64,000 nucleotides of DNA from Candidatus Bathyarchaeia archaeon (GTDB taxonomy: Archaea; Thermoproteota; Bathyarchaeia; Bathyarchaeales; Bathycorpusculaceae). Of this stretch, positions 28,291 to 38,941 are shown piece after piece; positions within the stretch are counted from its first letter, which is position 1; each line of letters opens with the position of its first letter. A program made the translations under genes and the position numbers. A model generated the notes under the pieces. That model made no database searches, was not told the DNA's origin, and saw only the letters and a list, made by a program, of their open reading frames with translations. Location: assembly GCA_038727135.1 (NCBI GenBank), contig JAVYWL010000002.1, positions 192,001 through 256,000 of the forward strand, in the 5' to 3' direction.

Positions 28291-28731
28291 ATGGGTTCAA
28301 AGTCTCCGAGGGGCGAGTTCGCCGCAAGAAAACTCGCAGAGAAAAGGAAGAAGTTCCGTTGGAGTAGCATGTACTATAAAAGGCGCATGCTGGGCTTAGA
28401 TGTGAAGGCTGACCCCCTTGAAGGCGCACCAATGGCGAGGGGCATAGTTCTTGAAAAGGTTGGCGTGGAAAGCAAACAGCCCAACAGCGCCATAAGAAAA
28501 TGCGTCCGAGTCCAGCTAATCAAGAACGGAAAGGTTATTACGGCTTTTCTGCCCGGAGACGGAGCCCTAAATGTTGTTGACGAACACGACGAGGTAATAG
28601 TTGAGGGTATTGGTGGGTCCCGTGGGAGAAGTATGGGCGACATCCCAGGCGTCCGCTGGAAGGTCATAATGGTTAATGGTGTTTCCCTAAAAGAGCTTGT
28701 GCTTGGTAGGAAACAGAAGCCAATGCGGTGA
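28291..28731 (+). CDS. rps12: 30S ribosomal protein uS12
   Basis: [22 protein letters not shown]. Confidence 0.98.
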   Translation: MGSKSPRGEFAARKLAEKRKKFRWSSMYYKRRMLGLDVKADPLEGAPMARGIVLEKVGVESKQPNSAIRKCVRVQLIKNGKVITAFLPGDGALNVVDEHDEVIVEGIGGSRGRSMGDIPGVRWKVIMVNGVSLKELVLGRKQKPMR

Positions 28732-28737
28732 TAAAGG

Positions 28738-29367
28738 TTGAGCAAGGAGCAAAAAGCAAAAGAGACAGAGCAGCAGAAAAAGGCCGAACGAAAGGCTGAG
28801 GAGAAGGAGATAAAGCTTTTCGGAAAATGGAGCTTCAAAGAGGTTGAAGTTAGAGACCCCGGCTTGAAGAGATACATATCTCTAAAACCAGTTGTTATCC
28901 CCCACAGCATGGGACGCCACGAGCACAAACGTTTTGGAAAGGCAAACGTGAACATTGTGGAGAGGCTTGTAAACAATCTTATGCGTCCAGGAAAGAACGC
29001 GGGTAAAAAGGCAAAAGCCATAAACATTGTTAAGCATGCCTTTGAAATTATCCACTTGCGGACCGGGAAAAATCCAATAGAGGTTCTTGTTAGGGCTGTT
29101 GAGAACTCCGCGCCATGCGAAGACACCACGAGAATCGCCTACGGTGGCATAGTCTACCACTTGTCTGTTGACATCTCACCCCAAAGAAGAGTTGACCTCG
29201 CTCTAAGGTACATATGCGAGGGAGCGCGGCAAGCTGCTATGCACAATCCCCGCTCAATTGAAGAGTGCCTGGCAGAAGAGCTTATTTTGGCGGCAAACAA
29301 CGACATGAAAAGCTATGCGGTTTCAAAGCGCCACGAGCTTGAAAGAATAGCTATGGCTTCAAGATAG
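28738..29367 (+). CDS. rps7: 30S ribosomal protein uS7
   Basis: [30 protein letters not shown]. Confidence 0.98.
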   Translation: MSKEQKAKETEQQKKAERKAEEKEIKLFGKWSFKEVEVRDPGLKRYISLKPVVIPHSMGRHEHKRFGKANVNIVERLVNNLMRPGKNAGKKAKAINIVKHAFEIIHLRTGKNPIEVLVRAVENSAPCEDTTRIAYGGIVYHLSVDISPQRRVDLALRYICEGARQAAMHNPRSIEECLAEELILAANNDMKSYAVSKRHELERIAMASR

Positions 29368-29379
29368 CCTCATCAAGCC

Positions 29380-30555
29380 CTATTTTGTGTGAATTTCAAC
29401 AACGTCTCCATCTTCAAGGGTAAATGTGGCCCCAACCCTTTGGGGACTGAAGACGAGGCGTTTAGCCCAAACCCTTGCATAGGCAAAATTCTCGCTCAAG
29501 TCGCTGTGGATATTTCTGGCTAAATCATACACTATTGAGCCCCTCTTCATGACAAAGGGCTTTTCAGAAGCACCTTTTTTAGCCGGCTCCTTTGTGTATA
29601 CACGAATTAGGTCCAAAGTTTTGAATAGCGCCTCGCCTATCTCTTTTATGCCGGTTCCTGTCTTGCATGAAATGGCAATTATCGGAAGTTGTCCGCCAAC
29701 ATACTCCTCTAAAATTTTAAGGTTCGCTTCTGCGTTTTCCACGTCAACCTTGTTTGCAACAATTATGGCTGGCTTGTAAACCGTGCTTTCGAAGATAGCA
29801 TCTTCAACGTCGTCCAGTGTTGCCTCGCCATAAATTTTGACAACAGCGTCTGTAACCCTATAGCTTCTCAGAAGTCCCTCAACATCCTTAAAATTGCAAT
29901 CTAGAAGCTTTCCAAAAACGATTATGCGTAAGCCGGCGCCCATATACTTCCTTTCAATTTCAACTCGTGCTTTCGGCTTGCTAACAAGTATCCGCGTCTT
30001 CTCCAGTTCGTTGAGAATTGTGGAGAGCTGCCAAACAGGGTCTTGTGTTAAATCCACTATTAGGATTAAGCCGTCGGCATTTCTAGCCAAGGCAAGGGTT
30101 TGAAGACCCCATGCTCTCCCGTCCGCTGCGCCTTCCATTAGAGCTGGAGCCTCAACAAGCTGAAATTGAATATCCTCGTAGGGAAGCATTCCGGGAACAG
30201 GCTCTTTAGTGGTGTATGGAGCTGGTGAAACCTCAACTTTTGCGTTCGTGGCAGAAACGAGAAGACTGCTTTTCCCAACGTTTGTCAAACCCAAAATAAC
30301 TATTTGGGCTGCACCCTCCTTTTCTATGAAGAATTTTGGTCCTCCCCTGCCAGCCTTTCGCCGCTTTCCCTCCTCAAGCTCTCTCCGCAGAACAGCCATC
30401 TGCTTCTTAACTTGGGCGCATAACTTGGCTGTTCCCTTGTGCTTTGGAACAAGGCTTAGAAACTCTTGCATAAGCTGAAGTTTCTCCCTTGGGTTTCGTG
30501 CAGCTGAAACCTCAGCCCATTTTCGTTTGGCTTCCGCTGGCAGGTTTGTAGGCAT
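29380..30555 (-). CDS. DRG/OBG-family GTPase with TGS domain
   Basis: MPTNLP, PKHKGT, GLTNVGKSS, PYTT, NKVD, C-terminal LEDGDVVEI. Confidence 0.9.
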   Translation of the reverse strand: MPTNLPAEAKRKWAEVSAARNPREKLQLMQEFLSLVPKHKGTAKLCAQVKKQMAVLRRELEEGKRRKAGRGGPKFFIEKEGAAQIVILGLTNVGKSSLLVSATNAKVEVSPAPYTTKEPVPGMLPYEDIQFQLVEAPALMEGAADGRAWGLQTLALARNADGLILIVDLTQDPVWQLSTILNELEKTRILVSKPKARVEIERKYMGAGLRIIVFGKLLDCNFKDVEGLLRSYRVTDAVVKIYGEATLDDVEDAIFESTVYKPAIIVANKVDVENAEANLKILEEYVGGQLPIIAISCKTGTGIKEIGEALFKTLDLIRVYTKEPAKKGASEKPFVMKRGSIVYDLARNIHSDLSENFAYARVWAKRLVFSPQRVGATFTLEDGDVVEIHTK

Positions 30556-30615
30556 AAGCCGTACGCGTCCCAAAACTTTATTCAAGGCGAATGCTAATAT
30601 CCGTTTCGAAAGGAC

Positions 30616-30963
30616 ATGCCAAACGGCGACCTACTTTTCAAAGCTAAAATAGTGCAGCTTATCATCGCGGGACAGGTTGACGAAGCTCTATCTATGCTAA
30701 GTCACCACTATGGCGTTGATTCTCCACATTTAAAGGTTGGAATGCCTAAGGGACACAGTGGCAAAGCTGGATGCTATGTTCCCAAAACAGAAACCATTCA
30801 TATTATCAACCATGAAAAGATTAGAGATTCCTTTATCATCCTCCACGAGTTTTACCATCACCTCCGAACCCTCGGCGGAAAACATAAAGGAACGGAGAAA
30901 AACGCGGACAAATTCGCAAAAGATTTCATAGAAGCCTACAGAAATTTTGCAAATGTCCAATAA
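30616..30963 (+). CDS. Small HExxH (zincin-like) hypothetical protein
   Basis: ILHEFYHHL...EKNADKFA. Confidence 0.65.
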   Translation: MPNGDLLFKAKIVQLIIAGQVDEALSMLSHHYGVDSPHLKVGMPKGHSGKAGCYVPKTETIHIINHEKIRDSFIILHEFYHHLRTLGGKHKGTEKNADKFAKDFIEAYRNFANVQ

Positions 30964-31075
30964 TTCACGCTTCAAACGTTTTTATCATAAACTTAAAATA
31001 ATTGAATGAACAGTTGTGTAAACGAATCCACTAAAAATAGGGAAAATTTAGAGTTTAAAGTATGGAGGAAAAGGG

Positions 31076-32383
31076 ATGAGCAGACCGGAAAAACCCCACC
31101 TAAACCTGGTGATTATGGGGCATGTTGACCATGGAAAGTCAACAACAACGGGTCACATGCTCTACCTAGCGGGCGTTGTTGACGAGAGAACAGTGAAGCA
31201 ATACGAAGAAGAAGCCAGAAAACTCGGAAAGGAAACTTTCAAGTTTGCATGGATTCTCGACAACCTCAAGGAGGAGCGGGAAAGAGGGCTAACAATAGAC
31301 TTGCGGTTCCTGAAATTTGAAACCAAAAAATACTACTTCACAATCATCGACGCGCCTGGCCACAGAGACTTCGTTAAAAACATGATTACAGGCGCAAGTC
31401 AAGCCGATGGCGCCATCCTCTTCGTCTCAGCGAAAAGAGGGGAATTCGAAGCTGGCATAGGTCCCGGTGGACAAACACGAGAGCACGCCTTTTTGGCTTT
31501 CACTTTGGGCGTTAACCAGCTTGTTGTAGCCATCAACAAGATGGACGACCCCACGGTTAACTGGAGCCAGGAACGCTATAACGAGGTCAAAAACGAAGTT
31601 GCCAGGATGCTCAAAATGGTTGGCTACAAGGTTGAGAAGATTCCATTTGTGCCAACTTCTGGATGGACAGGCGACAACCTTGTCAAGCCCAGCGACAAAA
31701 TGCCATGGTATAAGGGACCAACCCTGTTAGAGGCATTAGACGTCTTTGAAGTCCCGCCAAAACCACTTGACAAGCCGCTACGAATTCCGATTCAAGACGT
31801 TTACAGCATAACGGGCGTAGGCACGGTGCCCGTTGGCAGAGTTGAAACAGGAGTTCTTAAGGAAGGCGACACAGTCATATTCATGCCAGCCAACAAGCAA
31901 GGCGAAGTTAAGTCAATAGAAATGCACCATACAAGAATCCCAAGGGCTGAACCGGGCGACAACATAGGTTTCAACGTCAGAGGCATAGCCAAAACAGACA
32001 TACGCCGAGGAGACGTCTGCGGACATGTCAACAATCCGCCAACAGTAGCGCGAGAGTTCATAGGCCAGATAATCGTCATATACCACCCAACAGCCATAGC
32101 CGCCGGCTATACGCCAGTGCTCCACTATCATACTGGGCAAATGGCTTGCAGATTCACAGAACTAATAAGGAAGATTGACCCACGCTCCGGACAGGTTGTC
32201 GAGGAAAAGCCGTCCTTCCTAAAGACCGGAGATGCCGCACTGGTGCGGATGGAGCCGCTACGTCCAATAGCCATTGAAGCCTACTCTGAGTTTTCAGAGC
32301 TTGGAAGGTTCGCCGTAAGGGACATGGGCACAACCATAGCCGCCGGCATCGTGAAGGAAATAACCAAAAAGGGGCTGCAATAG
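31076..32383 (+). CDS. tuf: Translation elongation factor EF-1alpha
   Basis: [37 protein letters not shown]. Confidence 0.99.
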   Translation: MSRPEKPHLNLVIMGHVDHGKSTTTGHMLYLAGVVDERTVKQYEEEARKLGKETFKFAWILDNLKEERERGLTIDLRFLKFETKKYYFTIIDAPGHRDFVKNMITGASQADGAILFVSAKRGEFEAGIGPGGQTREHAFLAFTLGVNQLVVAINKMDDPTVNWSQERYNEVKNEVARMLKMVGYKVEKIPFVPTSGWTGDNLVKPSDKMPWYKGPTLLEALDVFEVPPKPLDKPLRIPIQDVYSITGVGTVPVGRVETGVLKEGDTVIFMPANKQGEVKSIEMHHTRIPRAEPGDNIGFNVRGIAKTDIRRGDVCGHVNNPPTVAREFIGQIIVIYHPTAIAAGYTPVLHYHTGQMACRFTELIRKIDPRSGQVVEEKPSFLKTGDAALVRMEPLRPIAIEAYSEFSELGRFAVRDMGTTIAAGIVKEITKKGLQ

Positions 32384-32401
32384 CCCTCATCCTCTCTTTT
32401 T
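32384..32401 (+). terminator. Pyrimidine/T-run terminator after tuf
   Basis: CCCTCATCCTCTCTTTTT directly after the stop codon. Confidence 0.5.
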
Positions 32402-32521
32402 ATCCATTCTAATTTTGAAGGTAAGTAAGCAGACAATCTTCTTTATAGAAGGGCACAAAAGCTAGAGGAACCGTAAGAGAAAATAAAGTCAAAGTTTTAG
32501 GATAGCATTAGAGTTGAGGCT

Positions 32522-33229
32522 ATGTCTGGAGATGAGACACTTCTCCCATACTTAAAGGAGAAGAAGGGTGAAGAACAAGAACCAACAATAATTGTGGATA
32601 GCCGTGAAGCGAGCAGCGCCGGAAAGGTCGTTAAGGGTCTTAGGGAACGCGGCGTAAACGTGAAAATTGAGCCTTTAGAAAAGGGAGACTACATTTTATC
32701 CGACGTTTGCGCTGTTGAGCGTAAAAGGGTTCAAGATTTTGTTTATACACTTACGCATCGCTACCTCTTCGAGCAGCTTTTCAAGCTTAAGGAGGCTTAT
32801 CCCAAAGCGTTGATTCTATTGGAGGGCTATATGCCCATCATCTACAAGTTCAGCAGAATAAAGCCGGAAGCCGTCTGGGGCGCCCTATTTAATTTGGCAA
32901 AAAATGGAGTGGCCATAGTTAACACAACATCCTATAAGGAAACAGTGGATTTTCTCTACATTGCTGCCCGCCAAGAGCAAATAGTGGAAAAAAGGGTGCC
33001 AACTGTGCACCCAGTCAAAAAGTGTGAAACCTTGGAGGATGCCCAAATATTCTTTGTGGCAAGTTTGCCCAATATTGGGAGGGAGAAAGCCATAGCAATC
33101 CTTAAATCCTATCAGACACCGTTAAATGCCTTCTTAAATGTTGACGAGTGGCCAAAAACTGTTTACGGTCTTGGACCAAAAATAAGCAGCAGAGTTAAAG
33201 AAGTGTTAAATACACCATTTAAGGGGTGA
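32522..33229 (+). CDS. Short XPF/ERCC4-domain nuclease with HhH motifs
   Basis: IVDSRE, GDY, VERK, LPNIG, GLG. Confidence 0.88.
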   Translation: MSGDETLLPYLKEKKGEEQEPTIIVDSREASSAGKVVKGLRERGVNVKIEPLEKGDYILSDVCAVERKRVQDFVYTLTHRYLFEQLFKLKEAYPKALILLEGYMPIIYKFSRIKPEAVWGALFNLAKNGVAIVNTTSYKETVDFLYIAARQEQIVEKRVPTVHPVKKCETLEDAQIFFVASLPNIGREKAIAILKSYQTPLNAFLNVDEWPKTVYGLGPKISSRVKEVLNTPFKG

Positions 33230-33582
33230 AAAGACGTATGAACGTGGAAATTGCCCCAACAAAAAAAGTTACAGTCTTAGGGCTGGACAAGCGCACTGTA
33301 GGCGACATTGCATGGTGCGCCACCACTTACGGAGCGAATAGGCTATACTGGATAGACGGTTATTTGCTGTGCCTAGAAGTTTATGAGAAGTCCTTTGAAC
33401 ATGAGTTGAAAAATAGAGAGTTTCCAATAAGCCAAATCTGTTACGTGGAATTCCCAAAATATGAAAAAATTTACGAGGTGGACAAAAGCCTCCAAATTCC
33501 AGTAGTGAACGTTTCAGACATGAAAATATTTAAAAACATATTGAAAGCCATAAAAGAAAACGCGCAAACCGAAGGCAGCTAA
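33226..33582 (+). CDS. Hypothetical protein
   Basis: 118-aa ORF overlapping the ERCC4 stop (GTGA). Confidence 0.65.
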   Translation: MKRRMNVEIAPTKKVTVLGLDKRTVGDIAWCATTYGANRLYWIDGYLLCLEVYEKSFEHELKNREFPISQICYVEFPKYEKIYEVDKSLQIPVVNVSDMKIFKNILKAIKENAQTEGS

Positions 33583-34205
33583 AGCAGTTGTAGCTGAAAT
33601 TTAGGCTTCTTTAAGTTTTTACCGTATTTATAGCCAAGTTCAAAAGCATTCACATTCATTTTGGCGTATTTTTCCGGAACAAGCTCTTCCAAAGCCTCTA
33701 TTAGGCTCTCCTTTTTTATTGGCAATTTCCCAATGGCAGATAAAGCTCCAAGCAGAACAGCGTTCTGCATTACAGCACTTCCAGCTTCTTTGGCAATCCT
33801 CAAAGCTTCGATAACGACAATGTTTTTAGAAATTCGCCTTAACTTTTCAAGAATTTCATCCAGCCTCGGGTAGCTTTCACCTTTTAACGTAAACTCTGGC
33901 GGAGGAATCTTTTCGTCCCCCATAATTATGAGGGTTTTTTCAGAGGCATATCTTATATTTCTTAAAGTTTCCAGAGGCTCAAATCCCAGTAGGACATCTG
34001 CTTGTCCGTCAAGGACTAGTGGAGACAAAACGTTTTCGCCTATTCTAACGGTGCATAAGACGGCTCCCCCTCGCTGAGCCATTCCGTGGATTTCGCCGAC
34101 GCGAACATTTAAGCCTTCCTTCACGGCGGCTGTTCCAAGAACTTCAGCCGCCAAAAGTATGCCTTGACCGCCAACGCCGACAAGAACAATGTTAAACTCC
34201 TTCAT
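33579..34205 (-). CDS. iorB: Indolepyruvate:ferredoxin oxidoreductase beta subunit
   Basis: GVGGQG, EIHGMAQRGG; alternative start at 34217. Confidence 0.92.
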   Translation of the reverse strand: MKEFNIVLVGVGGQGILLAAEVLGTAAVKEGLNVRVGEIHGMAQRGGAVLCTVRIGENVLSPLVLDGQADVLLGFEPLETLRNIRYASEKTLIIMGDEKIPPPEFTLKGESYPRLDEILEKLRRISKNIVVIEALRIAKEAGSAVMQNAVLLGALSAIGKLPIKKESLIEALEELVPEKYAKMNVNAFELGYKYGKNLKKPKFQLQLL

Positions 34206-34219
34206 TCCGCGTGTCATCC

Positions 34220-36097
34220 TCACACTTGTTTTGCTGGTTCTATGGCTTTGTATGGGCAAACATGGGCGCATAAACCGCAGCCCACACAGATATTTTCGCT
34301 TATAGCTACAGCCTTATCATCTTTAAGGACTATTGCTGGGCAACCTAACAACTTTATGCATGCCATGCAGTTTGTACATTTCTCATTTATCTTAAAAGGC
34401 ACAATTTCTAAGCCTTTGCGCCTTTTCTCCCTGACAAGCATTAGGGCGCATGGCGCTCTAAAAACGATAAGGGAGGTTTCAGGAAACTGTAAAGCCTCTT
34501 TTAGGACCTTCTCGGCTTCTCTAATATTGAAGGGGTCAACAACTCTGACAAATTTTACTCCACAGCCCTCAGCAACCTTCTCGATTGCTATGGGTTCTGT
34601 TGGTGTTTGCATGCCCGTCATTCCGGTTCCTGGATGCGGTTGGTGCCCAGTCATTGCCGTTGTTAGGTTGTCTAATACCGCGACCACAAGCCTATGCCTA
34701 TTGTAAACGGCGTTTAGGAGCCTTGGGATTCCAGCGTGGAAGAAGGTTGAATCTCCAATTATTGCAATTGTGTCCATCCCAGTCGTCTTGCTTATGCCTT
34801 GGGCTGTCCCTATTCCAGCGCCCATGCAGACGAGGATGTCGCCAATTTTTAGGGGTGGAGCTATTCCTAAGGCGTAACAGCCAATGTCCGTTGGATATAT
34901 TGCCCTTTCGCCAGCAACCCTCTTCATAACATAAAATGAAGCCCTGTGGGGGCATCCGGCACACAAGATTGGAGGTCTAGGCGGAATTCCTTTGGAGACT
35001 TCATTGTAGCGTTTGGCTAAACTTTCAAAGTCTATTGGAATTTTTCTACCGGTTATTGTGGCTAGTCCCTTCAAAACATGGCTTGTGGAAAACTCACCAG
35101 ACCTTGGAAAATACTGCTTGCCATAAACATCTGTTGAGGGGGCATGGTCCTTTGCAATTGCCTTGACATGAAGCTCCAGGTAGGGTTCAAGCTCCTCAAC
35201 AACTACGACTTTGCTGTGCTCCCTTAGGAATTTTCCAATCATGTTCTCTGGGAGTGGATGGGTCATCCCAAGCTTTAAGACGTCAACATCTAAGCCCAAG
35301 ATTGCGGCGGCTTCAACCGCGTAGTTGTAGGCTGAGCTTGACGAGATTATGCCGTATTCCTTGTCTTTTCCTCTAGGACTTATTGTGTTGTATGGAGAGT
35401 TTTCGGTTATTTCCTTCGCCTTTTCCATCTGTTGTAGGAGGACGTCGTGTCTTGGTCTTGCATTTGCTGGAACCATGACTAAACGTTTAACATCTCGGAT
35501 AAATTCGCCCTTCAAACTAGGCTTTGTAAGTTTTCCAAGGGTGACTGGCGCCCTTGTGTGGCTTACACGAGTGGTTGTCCGCATTATAACTGGAAGCTCA
35601 AGTTTTTCCGAAATCTCAACGGCATAAGCCACCATGTCCTTTGCTTCTTGCGGGTTTGATGGTTCAAGACATGGCAGATTGGAAAGCAGAGCGTATAGTC
35701 GGCTGTCCTGTTCGTTCTGCGAGCTGTAACATTCTGGGTCGTCAGCAGCCACGATAACTAATCCGCCTCTAACACCAGTATAAGCCAAAGTCATTAACGC
35801 GTCTGCAGCCACATTTAAACCCACATGCTTCATGGCTGCAAGAGCCCTAACTCCACAGTTGGCAGCTCCACCAGCCACCTCAACAGCAACAATCTCGTTA
35901 ACAGAATACTCCATATAAACGCCAGCCTCTTGGGCTATGGCGGAAACCGCATCGCCGATCTCGGAGGCTGGCGTCCCAGGATAGGTGGTGACAACTCCTA
36001 TGCCCGATTCCAGTACTCCGCGGGCGATAGCCTCATTACCGAGCAGTAGTACACGCTTTCCAGGTTCATCCTTCAATAATATGTGGGGGTCTGGCAT
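34220..36097 (-). CDS. iorA: Indolepyruvate:ferredoxin oxidoreductase alpha subunit
   Basis: GNEAIARG, YPGTP, MKHVGLNVA, SSQNEQD, LCAGCPHR, GDSTFFH, C-terminal 2x[4Fe-4S]. Confidence 0.95.
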   Translation of the reverse strand: MPDPHILLKDEPGKRVLLLGNEAIARGVLESGIGVVTTYPGTPASEIGDAVSAIAQEAGVYMEYSVNEIVAVEVAGGAANCGVRALAAMKHVGLNVAADALMTLAYTGVRGGLVIVAADDPECYSSQNEQDSRLYALLSNLPCLEPSNPQEAKDMVAYAVEISEKLELPVIMRTTTRVSHTRAPVTLGKLTKPSLKGEFIRDVKRLVMVPANARPRHDVLLQQMEKAKEITENSPYNTISPRGKDKEYGIISSSSAYNYAVEAAAILGLDVDVLKLGMTHPLPENMIGKFLREHSKVVVVEELEPYLELHVKAIAKDHAPSTDVYGKQYFPRSGEFSTSHVLKGLATITGRKIPIDFESLAKRYNEVSKGIPPRPPILCAGCPHRASFYVMKRVAGERAIYPTDIGCYALGIAPPLKIGDILVCMGAGIGTAQGISKTTGMDTIAIIGDSTFFHAGIPRLLNAVYNRHRLVVAVLDNLTTAMTGHQPHPGTGMTGMQTPTEPIAIEKVAEGCGVKFVRVVDPFNIREAEKVLKEALQFPETSLIVFRAPCALMLVREKRRKGLEIVPFKINEKCTNCMACIKLLGCPAIVLKDDKAVAISENICVGCGLCAHVCPYKAIEPAKQV

Positions 36098-36226
36098 TAG
36101 CGCCTTCTCCAGCAGTTAGAGAACCCATTAGCCTTACGCTTTCAGATATAACTTTTGGTGAACTTAAAACGTTGCAAACATAGCAAAAACAAGGGAATAA
36201 AAGGGGAAATAGCGTTTTACAATGCT

Positions 36227-37009
36227 TTATTTACCCTTAAACATGGGCTTTCTCTTTTCAATGAAGGCTGAGACACCCTCTTGAAGGTCTTCTGTTGAGG
36301 CTACAACACCGAAGCCTTCCCTTTCCAAGGCTATTGCAGCGTCAAGGCTTATTTCCGAACCTTTGTTTATCAGGGCTTTAGCCACTTTGAGGGCAACAGG
36401 AGCCTTTTGAGCGAGTTCTAGGGCGAATTGGCGAACCGTCTCCCTAAACTTTTCCTGCGGAACAACCATATTCACAAGCCCGAGCTGTTCGGCAGTTTTT
36501 GCATCAATCATTTTCCCTGTGAAAATCAGCTCCTTAGCTTTTGTCGCGCCAATCAATCGTGTCAATCTTTGGGTTCCACCCCATCCCGGAATCAGGCCTA
36601 TGTTTATTTCTGTTTGTCCCATCCGAGCATTTTCAGAAGCAATGCGAAGGTCACATGCCATTGCAACCTCTAAGCCTCCGCCTAGCGCGTATCCGTTTAT
36701 AGCGGCTATGACTGGCTTTTCAAGATTTTCTAGGGCTGAACAGAGCTTTTCGCCCATCTGGGAGAGTTCCCGTGCTTTTAGGGCGTTCATCCCCTTCATG
36801 GCTTTTATGTCAGCGCCAGCAGAAAACGCCTTTTCGCCAGCGCCAGTCAAAACGACAACCCGTACATTTTCATCAGCCCGCACATCATCAAGGGCTTGCA
36901 TAATTTCGCTGACCACTTCGGCGTTGAAGGCGTTTAGTGCCTCTGGCCTGTTTATCGTTATTGTGGCTATGCCCTCGCTTTTCTCGTACATAATGTACTT
37001 AAACTCCAA
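36227..37009 (-). CDS. Enoyl-CoA hydratase (crotonase)
   Basis: AFSAGADI, GYALGGG.E, EINIGLIPGWGGTQRL. Confidence 0.92.
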   Translation of the reverse strand: MEFKYIMYEKSEGIATITINRPEALNAFNAEVVSEIMQALDDVRADENVRVVVLTGAGEKAFSAGADIKAMKGMNALKARELSQMGEKLCSALENLEKPVIAAINGYALGGGLEVAMACDLRIASENARMGQTEINIGLIPGWGGTQRLTRLIGATKAKELIFTGKMIDAKTAEQLGLVNMVVPQEKFRETVRQFALELAQKAPVALKVAKALINKGSEISLDAAIALEREGFGVVASTEDLQEGVSAFIEKRKPMFKGK

Positions 37010-37033
37010 TTGCGCCTATCCTCCCTTTTTCAA

Positions 37034-37900
37034 TTATTTCTGCGCCCAATCATAGAAGCCTTTGCCAGTTTTTCTTCCCAGCAGGTTGGCCTTAACCATC
37101 TGCTTCAATCCCGGATGCGGGTGAAACTTTGGGTCAAGCTCCCTTTCAAGAACCTCTGCTATGGCTAAAGTTGTATCCGCGCCAATGTAGTCTAACAGCA
37201 TTAGAGGCCCCATAGGCCAGTTCAGTCCAAGCTTAATAGCCTTGTCAATGTCGTCTCTGTCCGCCACGCCCTCCCAGTAGAGGGCCACAGCCTCATTCAA
37301 AGCTGGTATCAATATGCGGTTAACAATGAAGCCCGGACAATCTTTCTTGACCAGAACTGTTTCTTTTTGCATTTTATGAGCGACGTCCAAAACTGTCTGC
37401 ACAGTCTCATCTGAGGTTTTGGCGCCCCTTATCACTTCCACAAGTTTCATTAACTGCGGCGGGTTAAAGAAGTGCATCCCGCAAACCTTTTCTGGGCGCT
37501 TTGTTGCTGAGCCGAGTTCTGTTATGCTTATGGAAGAGGTGTTTGAGGCTATTATGGCGTGGGGAGGTGCCAACGCATCCACTTCGCGGAAAGTTGCCTT
37601 TTTCAGTTCAACGTTTTCTGGAATAGCCTCAATGACTAGGTCAGCTTCTGAAACAGCCTTCCGCAAATCTGTTGTTGGATGTATCCTAGCCAAGGTTTCA
37701 TTTAAATCCGCCTCTGTTATCTGTCCTTTACTGAGGAATTTCTGAAGGCTGTTGCGGATCATGTCCATGCCATTGTCCAAAAACTTCTGCTCAATATCCC
37801 GCATGTAAACCTCGTACTTGCCAACTTGGGCAGCCACTTGCGCAATGCCGTGACCCATCAAACCAGCGCCTAGAACGGCTATCCTTTTAACTTCAACCAA
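37034..37900 (-). CDS. 3-hydroxyacyl-CoA dehydrogenase
   Basis: GAGLMG.GIA, SNTSS, GMHFFNP, GFIVNR, PMGP, GRKTGKGFY. Confidence 0.93.
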   Translation of the reverse strand: MVEVKRIAVLGAGLMGHGIAQVAAQVGKYEVYMRDIEQKFLDNGMDMIRNSLQKFLSKGQITEADLNETLARIHPTTDLRKAVSEADLVIEAIPENVELKKATFREVDALAPPHAIIASNTSSISITELGSATKRPEKVCGMHFFNPPQLMKLVEVIRGAKTSDETVQTVLDVAHKMQKETVLVKKDCPGFIVNRILIPALNEAVALYWEGVADRDDIDKAIKLGLNWPMGPLMLLDYIGADTTLAIAEVLERELDPKFHPHPGLKQMVKANLLGRKTGKGFYDWAQK

Positions 37901-38007
37901 ACTTGTTCACCATCCAAGATAGAAGACTAAATTGTTAGGAAGACTGTTAAAAGATTTTCCAGCTCCTTACATTTCCAAAACATGCCAAGTGCTAAGCTAA
38001 TGAAACA

Positions 38008-38901
38008 TCAAGTATTCTTTGTTTTGAGCACCATGGCTGCGCTTAAAAGAATAAGTCCAACACCCACATAGCGGATTTGAGAAATGTACTGTTGGAGAAG
38101 CAGCACCGCCCAAAGATTGTGCAGCAGAGGGTCTAAAAGCAAAATTGTTCCCTCAGTTGTCGGCGGAACCTCGCTTGGCTTTACATAATTCAATAAGCCG
38201 TAGGAAAGAGCCGTGCTAAATGAGGCAAACAAGACTAATAGGGCTAGTTGATAAGAGTTTGGCAATACAAACCCTATTAAACCAGTGTTTTTCGTGAAAA
38301 AGCTTAGAATCATTCCTAAAAACAGCGAAGACGGCGCCGCAAATAAAAATGTGTTAAATAAGCCTTGAAGGGGCGTGTAATCTGCCTTCCTCATCCTTTT
38401 TACATAAAGGTAAACAGAGTAAAAGAAGCCGCCGAGCAGGGCGAATCCTAAGCCGCCAACGTTAAGGCTTGGAAGCGGCTCCGTGACCACCCCGCTTACA
38501 AGAAAGACTCCGACCACTCCCATCGCCATTGCCATAATCTTTCTCGAAGTCAACTTCTCTTTTCGAGAAACGGTAGCTAAAATTGCCGTGAAAAAGGGTT
38601 GAGTGTAGATTAGGGCGGTGGCAACTGCTATGGGGCAGCCAAACACAATTGAGGATAGACCTGAGAGCAAGAAGCACGAAAAAACCAAGCCAGCTAATGC
38701 AAAGTATTGCAAGTCCTCTTTTTTGAGTTTGAATCTCCCTTTAATTAACACGAAAATTAATGGAAGAGCCAATGTTATGCGGGAGAAAGCTTGCTGCAGA
38801 CTTGAGACTCCAGCGTTTTTAAGAAGGGTTGAAATAACAAGAATGAAGCTGAAACAAAAGCACGTCAGAATTAATATGGCGTGGCTTTTTGTAAAGCTCA
38901 C
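38008..38901 (-). CDS. EamA/DMT family transporter
   Basis: About 10 TM, YTQP.F.A...KEK pattern. Confidence 0.8.
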   Translation of the reverse strand: MSFTKSHAILILTCFCFSFILVISTLLKNAGVSSLQQAFSRITLALPLIFVLIKGRFKLKKEDLQYFALAGLVFSCFLLSGLSSIVFGCPIAVATALIYTQPFFTAILATVSRKEKLTSRKIMAMAMGVVGVFLVSGVVTEPLPSLNVGGLGFALLGGFFYSVYLYVKRMRKADYTPLQGLFNTFLFAAPSSLFLGMILSFFTKNTGLIGFVLPNSYQLALLVLFASFSTALSYGLLNYVKPSEVPPTTEGTILLLDPLLHNLWAVLLLQQYISQIRYVGVGLILLSAAMVLKTKNT

Positions 38902-38941
38902 TTACGCTTTTCTCCGCATTAGCAAAGCGCTGTAAGGTTTC

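Noticed and set aside
28374-29129. 251-aa minus-strand ORF and similar long antisense ORFs (e.g. 16464-17093, 19182-19820, 34164-34706, 36519-37055)
   Set aside because: They overlap well-supported genes on the opposite strand and have no recognisable motifs
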